Source: a virus
Taxonomy: Duplodnaviria > Heunggongvirae > Uroviricota > Caudoviricetes
Length of the DNA stretch: 44,719 nucleotides
IMG/VR virus record: IMGVR_UViG_3300031857_016701
Span: 64,001-108,719 of that record
Direction: 5' to 3' (one strand)
How positions within the stretch are numbered: the stretch's first letter is position 1; every line of letters begins with the position of its first letter. The position numbers and the translations under genes are program-made. Positions 37,222 to 44,719 of the stretch are shown here, in pieces. Under the pieces are notes generated by a model. The model ran no database searches, was not told where the DNA came from, and worked only from the letters and a program-made list of their open reading frames with translations.

Positions 37222-40130
37222 TTTATTATATTAATTGAATATTCATTTATACCATCGGTAGTGAATGAAATTGATTGTCCTCTAATTGAACGAATACCTG
37301 CTTTAATCGTAGTTGTCCAATTACCAGCTTCAACTTTATGAGATACGTCTACAATTTGACAAATGATTTCTCTTTCAGAATATGGACTTGGTAGGTTTTT
37401 TAAACTAAACAATTGAAATGTTCTTAGTCCTGATATACCTTGTAATGTCATTTCTACAGTAAATCCCGGCTGTTGTCCACCATAAATATTGGTATTATTT
37501 TTAAAATCCATATCATTCATCAATGCAATCAGCAAAGAATCGTTTGGTAATACCAAATTCACTATGTTCCATCCAGTTTCAACACCTGACACTGTTGGAT
37601 TTAATGGTGTAGTTGTTCTTGGCCCAGATGTATTAGTTGCTGCTGCAGCTCTTGAAGGTGGTGCAGGATTATTTGGATTTAATGGAGTAGTGGTTCTAGG
37701 AGTAGAAGCTGCAGCTCTGGAAGGAGGCACAGTATTATTTGGATTTAATGGAGTAGTGGTTCTTGGTCCTGATATTGTAGTTAATCCATCTGATCTTGAT
37801 AAATATGATTTAAACGACATTATATAAGAACCTTTTGTCGCAGTTGATGATTGTGGACTGTTTTGTAATTGTCTTATACTTTCTAAATTTTCATCTATTT
37901 TTCTTAATTGCAAAGGACCGTCTTTATTGAATCTATCACCATATGGAAACGGAAGTATTTGATTTGAATTTACTTCACCATTTGGATAATTTTCACCGGA
38001 TCTTTTATTTGACGATGCGGATGAAATCACTTGATTAGCAGCTACATTTGATAGTTGCGCAGTAAAATTTATGGTTTTAATGAAACTATTTGATGCACCA
38101 ACATCAAATTGATAAATTTTCATTTTATTATATTGTACATACTTTTTATCTACTATTCTTAATTTACCAGAATCTTCACTATCTTCTACTACTGCAAGTT
38201 CCCATATTTTAGCTGCGGCTGCATTTATTTTTCCTAATAATGAATTATAAAATACTTCAACTGTTTCTGAAGATTTTGCACATTCAATTAATACGTTTTT
38301 ATTTACATATAGATCTTTTAAATAACCCCAATAACCTGCAGGTTTACTAGTTTCTGTATCATTTGTCCATTGAGGAAACGATCTTGTTCCAGGAACTACT
38401 CCAGTGTCATATATAAATCTATTAATTATACCATCCAAATCATCTCTAAAAACTTGAAGTAAAATAGGTTGTTTTGATCTGTCTTCTATAATTTGCGCAT
38501 CACTCCGTATACCGGCAAGTTTTGTAATCAAACTATTTTCTACAGTAAAATCGTAAAATGATTGTATTTGTGTTGGTTCATAAGTAGGATTATATGATTG
38601 ATATCCGGTTCTAAATATTCTAAACAAAGTATTATCAAATGAAGAAGAAAATGGAGTATCTAACTTTTCAGAAAAAAACAAAGACTTATTTGCACCTTTT
38701 CCAAATTTTTGTTTTTGATAATCATTATTGGTAGGATCTACAGTTGGAAACATAGCACCAAGATTATATTTTGGTGCCTTTTTATTTGGAATTAACAAAA
38801 TGCTACCGTCACAAGAAATTAAATTTGGATGTGCTCCTATTTTTACATCATCAATATCAATTTCATATAGATTATAATCTTTAGAATCTTTTAACTGGAT
38901 ATTGATTTGTTTGTTGAAAAATACATTTGCTAGTTCTACAACAAATCCCATAGTAACCCATATATCTTTTTGATCTTTTCTATCCCAATCATAATCTGAC
39001 ATTCCTGTCATTCTTGCGGAATCACCATATTCTATTTTTCTTCCCATGAAAAATCTATCTTCAGGTCTTTTAAGATCTTTACCGTCATTCGATTTTGCGG
39101 TATAAGTTCCGTTGTTATATTTATAAAATGGAAAAGTTGATGATAAAAAAGTTGAATTTTTTTCTGCTTTTTCTTCTTCATCATCCAATGGAGACATGAA
39201 ATTTTTCTTTTGTAAAATACAATTTGGTATTTTAGTCAATCTTTTTTCTAAATATTCAGCAAAAGTAGATTGCACCGAACTTTTATTTGTATCAGACGAA
39301 ACCTTCGCAGCAGTATTAACTAATACACCTGAATAGTTTGCGTGTTTAGATAAGATTTCAGTCTTACAGTCATATGTTATTCCATCTTGACTGGTAAAAT
39401 CAAATCCACTAATTATTCCCATTGTAACATCATATAATCCATATGATTCTTTAATATTTTTATCGTATAATAAAGATCCACTATTAGTAAACAATTCTTT
39501 TAGATTATCCAAATTACTAGCTCTCAAATCAAGCAAAGATACAGGATTAAAATGATTCCATCCAAATTCAACAAAGGCACTAATCTTCGGTGTTAAGAAA
39601 TATGGTGTCATGTACTCCAATTGAGCAAATCCATAACACTTCCAATTAACAGTAATTTTTCTGATTCTTTCTTTTTGTATTATCGCATCAATAGATGTAA
39701 TACCAGGAACAGGCAAAAATTTTTGAACTGTTCTATTTTCGTCTGATAAAGAATTTGGAAATGTAACAAAATTACCGTCACTAGATAAATTTAATACGTG
39801 TTCTACACCTTCAGAATCATATCCTAATACATTTTTATTATCAGGAATACCATAACTTTTATCAAATCCATCACCTCCGTGCAAAATAAAACCGTTTCTA
39901 ATAGGAAAATCGCTTTTATCATTTACTCTACCAGTTCCATTTGAAAACACTCTTGCCCATGCAGTCAATGGTCCTTTGTATTGTTGCCAATTACCATTAT
40001 CATCCCAATTAATACTTACAGGAACAGGATAATCAAATCCAATATCATTTTGTCTTCTAATAAATTCTTTAATTACCCAAGATGGTATTGGATGTGGTGC
40101 CCACGGTCTATTGTCTGGTGTTGTTGCCAT
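37218..40130 (-). CDS. Baseplate hub-like protein (gp27 / P2 gpD-like)
   Basis: C-terminal VEMTLQGISGL..FQLF..NLP..QIVDVSHKVEAGNWTTTIKA is typical of hub proteins. It follows the LysM wedge gene. Confidence 0.6.
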   Translation of the reverse strand: MATTPDNRPWAPHPIPSWVIKEFIRRQNDIGFDYPVPVSINWDDNGNWQQYKGPLTAWARVFSNGTGRVNDKSDFPIRNGFILHGGDGFDKSYGIPDNKNVLGYDSEGVEHVLNLSSDGNFVTFPNSLSDENRTVQKFLPVPGITSIDAIIQKERIRKITVNWKCYGFAQLEYMTPYFLTPKISAFVEFGWNHFNPVSLLDLRASNLDNLKELFTNSGSLLYDKNIKESYGLYDVTMGIISGFDFTSQDGITYDCKTEILSKHANYSGVLVNTAAKVSSDTNKSSVQSTFAEYLEKRLTKIPNCILQKKNFMSPLDDEEEKAEKNSTFLSSTFPFYKYNNGTYTAKSNDGKDLKRPEDRFFMGRKIEYGDSARMTGMSDYDWDRKDQKDIWVTMGFVVELANVFFNKQINIQLKDSKDYNLYEIDIDDVKIGAHPNLISCDGSILLIPNKKAPKYNLGAMFPTVDPTNNDYQKQKFGKGANKSLFFSEKLDTPFSSSFDNTLFRIFRTGYQSYNPTYEPTQIQSFYDFTVENSLITKLAGIRSDAQIIEDRSKQPILLQVFRDDLDGIINRFIYDTGVVPGTRSFPQWTNDTETSKPAGYWGYLKDLYVNKNVLIECAKSSETVEVFYNSLLGKINAAAAKIWELAVVEDSEDSGKLRIVDKKYVQYNKMKIYQFDVGASNSFIKTINFTAQLSNVAANQVISSASSNKRSGENYPNGEVNSNQILPFPYGDRFNKDGPLQLRKIDENLESIRQLQNSPQSSTATKGSYIMSFKSYLSRSDGLTTISGPRTTTPLNPNNTVPPSRAAASTPRTTTPLNPNNPAPPSRAAAATNTSGPRTTTPLNPTVSGVETGWNIVNLVLPNDSLLIALMNDMDFKNNTNIYGGQQPGFTVEMTLQGISGLRTFQLFSLKNLPSPYSEREIICQIVDVSHKVEAGNWTTTIKAGIRSIRGQSISFTTDGINEYSINIIK
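37597..37770 (-). repeat. Three in-frame imperfect repeats encoding PRTTTPLNP(NNxxPPSRAAA)
   Basis: Plus-strand unit GGATTTAATGGWGTAGTKGTTCTWGG at 37597, 37675 and 37741 (spacings 78 and 66 nt). Confidence 0.9.
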
Positions 40131-40133
40131 AAC

Positions 40134-40430
40134 TTATGAATTTAATAACTTAAAATCTCCTATAATATTAGAAACATTTTGTGGTATTCTCAATTGAATA
40201 CCTGCTAATACACTCAATTTTCCATTTCCTAATTTATTTGCTTGAGCTATTATCCACCACAATGTTGGATCTTTGTAATATGTATTCGCAATACTATCAA
40301 ATGTTGTTGTTTCATTTGTTATAATATACAAATCATTTGCTGCATATGGAATTTTAGGATACAATAAAGATTTGTATACTCTTTTTCCATCCCACCTTTT
40401 ATCTTGTTTTGCAAAAGAATATCTATTCAT
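40134..40430 (-). CDS. LysM-like baseplate wedge protein (gp53 / P2 gpX-like)
   Basis: TFDSIANTYYKDPTLWWIIAQAN...GIQLRIP. Confidence 0.75.
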   Translation of the reverse strand: MNRYSFAKQDKRWDGKRVYKSLLYPKIPYAANDLYIITNETTTFDSIANTYYKDPTLWWIIAQANKLGNGKLSVLAGIQLRIPQNVSNIIGDFKLLNS

Positions 40431-40432
40431 AA

Positions 40433-43024
40433 TTATAATCCTGTTCTATCCATTTGATATGCATCATTTAATTCGTCTTGTGTGGTTGTGGGATTATTAT
40501 ACATTTTATATATGTCTTGTTGAAGCGCATCTCTTTGTTCTTGTTCAATCTTCAATTGATAATTATATTGAGCTGCAGCATCTTGTATATCTTCAGCTTT
40601 TTGATTCCATGAATTAACTTCTTGTTGTAATGCTTCTGCTTGTACGTTATTTGCGTTTTGCATTGCAATTTCAGCATTTTTAATTTGATCTATTGCTCTT
40701 TGATTTGACAATACTATTCCGCCAGGAAAATTCATATATAAATTCTTTGAAAATGAATCTACTGTTCCTTTTTCTTCTAATATTTCATTTTGATTTGTCA
40801 TTCCAGACATTTGAACAGTTGATCCCATACGAGTTTCAACATAATAATCACCAAAGTTAGTTCCACCAACAACTGGACGTTCTTTTTCTAGTAAATCCAT
40901 ACTCAAATTCAATTCACATTCTCTTGGAAATTGAGCCACTTTTCCTATGCTATCTGCCCATTGAATTCGTCCATTTAAATACGTCCAATCAAATGTAGCA
41001 GACGTTTCTTCACTAACTGTTTCCCAAACACAATTTTCTGGTATATTTAAACCAATACTTTTAATTACTCCTGGTTGATTCTTATAAATATCACCGATAG
41101 TAAATCTAACAAGAGGAGGTATCATAAATCTAGAATACACATTAGAGTTACTTTGTCCGCCTTGTGTATAATTAGCTGGTTTTGTCAATCCTACTAAATA
41201 ACTAATTCTTTGCCACATTGGAAGCAATTCTTTAACTGTATTAGCCACGACATTAAACTTAAAACCAATTGTTCTAGAAAATCCTTTATAAGATTGTAAT
41301 TTGTCTGCTCTGCCAATATATTCTATAGCAGTCCAATCTGCGTTATAATTTTCATTCAATCCAGTTATTGTAGCTCTGAATGGAATGTATTTATTATTAA
41401 CAACATCATGGAAATAAAATTTGATTATATCATCGTTATTACTGTTATACTTTTTGTCTAATCCAAGATCCTCTTGATTTAAAATAGTTAATAAATTAAT
41501 TTTATCGGATGCCATTGATCCAGCCATTCCTTTTCCTTTAGGATCATCCAATAATTGTTTTCTTTTGTTCAATCCAAATTGAGCAAGATATCCACCACGA
41601 TAATTAAAAGGACTTTCTTCTCTTTGTTGAGAATATGGATCTTTTGTCAATTGTTTGATGAAATCATAACCTTTGTAAGATTCATTTGAAAATTGTTGAT
41701 TTATGATATCAGTGCTTGTTAATCCATTGTATTTATATCCAGCACTAATAATTGTATCCAATACTTTCTTTAAATTATCTTCTACATCTTTTACGGATTG
41801 TGATTCTTTATCAGTAAATTTAGTTGAATAAGGTTGTTTTGCATCAGCATAATATGCCAAGTTAATCAACATTTCAGAATTCTTAAATTCTTGATCTGGA
41901 GTAATATTATTACCTACGATTTTACCATAAAATTCGTAAGCATCCGTTCTTGGATTAAGTCCTATTTCTTGACCAAATAATGTAGGAAATTTTCCTAATT
42001 TTGTACCATTCCATGTACCCGTCTTTCCTATAATCAAATAAGTACCATCAGCTTGTCTTAAATATCTACCTCTAACACCTGTTGTTTGCTCAGTATCACC
42101 TTTTCTTATAGTTCCGTCTTGGGTACCCGCATACCATTTTTGTATAACGGTTTTATCAAATATATATTTTAAAGTTCCTGGTGCTTGATCAAATACAGTA
42201 GTAGATGATGCCATTACACCGTATGTTGCTTCATCTGCTCTATATTGTGGATCATTTGGTTGTTTTGGATTTGTAAACGCACCAAACAAAGTACTTGATT
42301 TGAAGAAATCAGCAATTCCAGATGAAGATTGTTTTCCTACCCACTTTGTCTTTAATAATTTATCGCCAGAAGTTGCAGTTGGTGCTCTTAAAAATCCTTT
42401 ACCACCATCTAAACTTAATTTTGATAATGCGGCTTGATTACTATTACCAACGGTTCCTTTTGGTGGAGTAAGATTTTTTAATGATCCTTTTACACCAAGA
42501 GCAGCTAATGCACCAATACCATTTGGTTCAATAAATCTTGTTGGTCTTTCAATTAATCCCAATGAAGCAATACTAGTAGCAGCTAATATTGGCATTGCTG
42601 GATTATAAATCTTTGTTTCTGGAAATGGATTAAATCCTTGCAATAATGTTTGTGCCGTAGCAAAAATTACACCATTTGCACTAATTGTAAACTTTGTTAT
42701 TCTTAATATGTCTTGAGGACCAGAACCAACTGGTGCTGCTCTATTTTCATATTTTTTTAATGAATTTAATCCTTTTGTTCCTGTATTTGGAGTAAAACTA
42801 AAAAATGGTTGTTTTGGTCCAAATTTAATTAAAGGATTTGTACTGTCAGTTTCTAATTTATACTTGTTATAAATTGCATCACTGTTTTGAGCATATAATA
42901 CACTCAATTCACCTGGCTGTCTTAAATCATTAAATCCAGATGGCAATGTATATCCCGCACCAATAATTTGTGTATTGGTAGTAGATAATGGAGCGGGTGA
43001 TTCTAAATTATTAAGATTTGCCAT
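40433..43024 (-). CDS. Baseplate/tail-tube initiator-like protein (gp48/gp54-like domain in C-terminal half)
   Basis: IPFRATITGLNENYNADW..EYIGRAD..YKGFSRTIGFKF..PPLVRFTIGD..PGVIKS pattern, located between the tape measure and the LysM gene. Confidence 0.6.
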   Translation of the reverse strand: MANLNNLESPAPLSTTNTQIIGAGYTLPSGFNDLRQPGELSVLYAQNSDAIYNKYKLETDSTNPLIKFGPKQPFFSFTPNTGTKGLNSLKKYENRAAPVGSGPQDILRITKFTISANGVIFATAQTLLQGFNPFPETKIYNPAMPILAATSIASLGLIERPTRFIEPNGIGALAALGVKGSLKNLTPPKGTVGNSNQAALSKLSLDGGKGFLRAPTATSGDKLLKTKWVGKQSSSGIADFFKSSTLFGAFTNPKQPNDPQYRADEATYGVMASSTTVFDQAPGTLKYIFDKTVIQKWYAGTQDGTIRKGDTEQTTGVRGRYLRQADGTYLIIGKTGTWNGTKLGKFPTLFGQEIGLNPRTDAYEFYGKIVGNNITPDQEFKNSEMLINLAYYADAKQPYSTKFTDKESQSVKDVEDNLKKVLDTIISAGYKYNGLTSTDIINQQFSNESYKGYDFIKQLTKDPYSQQREESPFNYRGGYLAQFGLNKRKQLLDDPKGKGMAGSMASDKINLLTILNQEDLGLDKKYNSNNDDIIKFYFHDVVNNKYIPFRATITGLNENYNADWTAIEYIGRADKLQSYKGFSRTIGFKFNVVANTVKELLPMWQRISYLVGLTKPANYTQGGQSNSNVYSRFMIPPLVRFTIGDIYKNQPGVIKSIGLNIPENCVWETVSEETSATFDWTYLNGRIQWADSIGKVAQFPRECELNLSMDLLEKERPVVGGTNFGDYYVETRMGSTVQMSGMTNQNEILEEKGTVDSFSKNLYMNFPGGIVLSNQRAIDQIKNAEIAMQNANNVQAEALQQEVNSWNQKAEDIQDAAAQYNYQLKIEQEQRDALQQDIYKMYNNPTTTQDELNDAYQMDRTGL

Positions 43025-43028
43025 ATTT

Positions 43029-43036
43029 TATAAATA
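43029..43036 (-). promoter_or_regulatory. TATTTATA putative late-promoter motif (also 35418-25, 24451-58, 24478-85, 23248-55, 19115-22, 17194-201 on -; 13319-26, 18388-95 on +)
   Basis: It recurs in sense orientation shortly upstream of start codons on both strands. Confidence 0.65.
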
Positions 43037-43045
43037 TCAAGTTAT

Positions 43046-44719
43046 TTAATATGCACCTCTAAATTTTGTAGCAACTCCAACAGCAGTGCTTACTTTGCTA
43101 CCATCAATATTAACTGCAATACCACCATTTTTCATCAACACTATCAATTCATCCAATTTATTAACAACTTCAGCATTTCCTCCACCAGTTGCAGTTTTGA
43201 TTGACTCTATATTTTTTAACGCTGGTAAATTAGTAGCTACTTTAGACAATTGTTCATTTAATAAACTAAGTGCAAGTGTCATTCCTGCAATTCCAAATAA
43301 TATACTAGTATCTGTAAATACAGAGAAAGCATCTTCCAATGAAGCTATTTGAGAAATATTTGATGCAATGTCACTAATACCAGTACTAACAGATTGTATA
43401 CCTTGTCCGAATAATTGCATACCTTTACCTGCAGCTAATGCAGATATAGAAAATGGTATAAATGCAAGTCCTAACAATGCAATACCTCCTGCTGCAGTTT
43501 CAAGTACTCCAGTAGCCATTAATCCAGCAATAGTTGCACCTAATACTGCCAATATAACTCCCATCTTTCCAAGTGAACTCCAATCTACTGTATTAAACTG
43601 TTGTCCAGCTTTTGCCAATATATACATTGCACCAGCAAACATTATTAATGCTGCACCTAATGATAATACTGTCGCAGGATTAATTCCTTTCATTGAATTT
43701 AAAAATCCAGAAGGTCCAGCGGATGGTGTTGTAGGAGCAGCACCAACTGCCGATGATGCCAAATTACTTGCAATTTTTTTACCAGAAGCCGCAACTGTTT
43801 CAACCGCAACATCCATACCACCTTTAAATGCATTACCAATTGTTTTTTGTAATGCAAATTTTAAAGGAGCAAGAGGAAAAAGAATCGCTCTCATTAAAAT
43901 ATTGCCAAAACCTTTTCCCATAAATTTAAATCCAAGCAACAATAAAGCTCCACTTACAAGAGCAACTCTTCCTTTGAACTCGTCCATTTTATCTATAACA
44001 AATTGAAGACCATATCCCATTTTTTGAAATATATCAACTCCAGGTTCAAATTTAATCCAAAGATCATTCACTAAATCATAAAGAACTTTAAATGGCATTA
44101 AAATAAATTTAGTGGTAATCGTGCTTATTTTTAATAAAACACCAACAACTGAAAGTAATCCACTTAAAAATGGTAGAACTACTTCACCCAATTCAACCAT
44201 GATACTATTAATACTAGCAAGTAACTTTTGTTGTTGACTTGCTAATTGCTGTGACTTTAATTCTTTTTGATATTTTTCGGATAAACTTTCATTGGTTTTA
44301 TCAATTGTATCTAAATTGGCGGTATATTTTGCATACAATGCAGGGTCATCAATTCTAAGTTTATTCAACTCTTCTTGTTTAGCATTCATTTTAACCAATT
44401 GATCTACACTCAATCCCATTGATTCTGCTAATGCTTTTGCTTGAAATGCATCCAGTTTTCTAAAATCTCCAACCTCTTTTAAGATTCTAGATTGTTCTTT
44501 TGCTAGTCCTGCCAAATCCCCAGCATAGGATAATTCTCTTGCTCTTGTGAAATTGATGTCTTTTCCGAATAATACACTAGCTTCCATTTCGTTATTGATA
44601 CTTGTTTGGAAATCTAGAAATTTATCCGCAGCAGCCCCTATATCTTTAAGTTCTATTCCCAATCGTCTTGCTTCAACTGCACCTTTAATCAAAGCGTTAA
44701 CACTTCCTCTTACTAATTT
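43046..44719 (-). CDS. Tail tape measure protein, 5'-truncated by window edge
   Basis: The frame is open to the window end. It has helical Ala/Leu/Gly-rich repeats, hydrophobic stretches and a KLDELI..VNIDGSKV C-terminus, and lies upstream of baseplate genes. Confidence 0.8.
   Translation of the reverse strand, partial: KLVRGSVNALIKGAVEARRLGIELKDIGAAADKFLDFQTSINNEMEASVLFGKDINFTRARELSYAGDLAGLAKEQSRILKEVGDFRKLDAFQAKALAESMGLSVDQLVKMNAKQEELNKLRIDDPALYAKYTANLDTIDKTNESLSEKYQKELKSQQLASQQQKLLASINSIMVELGEVVLPFLSGLLSVVGVLLKISTITTKFILMPFKVLYDLVNDLWIKFEPGVDIFQKMGYGLQFVIDKMDEFKGRVALVSGALLLLGFKFMGKGFGNILMRAILFPLAPLKFALQKTIGNAFKGGMDVAVETVAASGKKIASNLASSAVGAAPTTPSAGPSGFLNSMKGINPATVLSLGAALIMFAGAMYILAKAGQQFNTVDWSSLGKMGVILAVLGATIAGLMATGVLETAAGGIALLGLAFIPFSISALAAGKGMQLFGQGIQSVSTGISDIASNISQIASLEDAFSVFTDTSILFGIAGMTLALSLLNEQLSKVATNLPALKNIESIKTATGGGNAEVVNKLDELIVLMKNGGIAVNIDGSKVSTAVGVATKFRGAY

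Noticed and set aside
37597-37770. CRISPR-like mini-array
   Set aside because: The repeats are in-frame, degenerate at wobble positions and inside a CDS, the intervening sequences are mutually similar, and there are no cas genes.
37489-37827. 112-aa repeat-containing ORF
   Set aside because: It is the antisense reading of the hub repeat; the synonymous variation favours the minus-strand frame.
43086-44006. Plus-strand ORFs of 88 and 212 aa
   Set aside because: They are antisense shadows of the Ala/Gly-rich tape measure gene.
1-44719. Stop-codon reassignment, tRNA or rRNA genes
   Set aside because: Conserved genes are full-length under code 11 and use TAA, TAG and TGA as stops with tight packing. 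The intergenic gaps are short and show no cloverleaf.

Overview
This is a strongly AT-rich 44.7 kb fragment of a large T4-like/jumbo myophage genome, not a bacterial chromosome; the standard genetic code reads cleanly. It has three blocks. (1) 1-13.3 kb is a phage-borne nucleotide-sugar cluster: RfbH-type 3-dehydrase, RmlA/RmlB plus an NRS/ER-type bifunctional epimerase-reductase, a YerE-like ThDP enzyme, an NDP-hexose C-methyltransferase, O-acetyl- and O-methyltransferases and about five glycosyltransferases. (2) 13.9-36.8 kb, almost all on the minus strand, is DNA metabolism: dNMP kinase-like, gp62-like clamp-loader subunit, UvsE, stand-alone DruA/DUF4338-like and Mom-like proteins, a MoxR AAA+/VWA pair, class Ia NrdAB, gp41/DnaB helicase, 5'-3' exonuclease, RecA/UvsX, gp32-like SSB and a compact family A polymerase, interspersed with probable late/virion genes. 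(3) 36.8-44.7 kb is tail/baseplate genes and a truncated tape measure. The most unusual signals are regulatory. Canonical sigma70 promoters precede early genes. A directional TATTTATA motif, the reverse complement of the T4 late promoter, lies mostly 4-13 nt before the ATG of probable late genes. Where such genes follow early genes, the motif sits inside hairpins that would hide the start region in read-through mRNA. A T4 gene-32-like operator architecture precedes ssb. No tRNA, rRNA, CRISPR array or mobile element was seen. All product calls come from motif recognition by eye, with no database searches.
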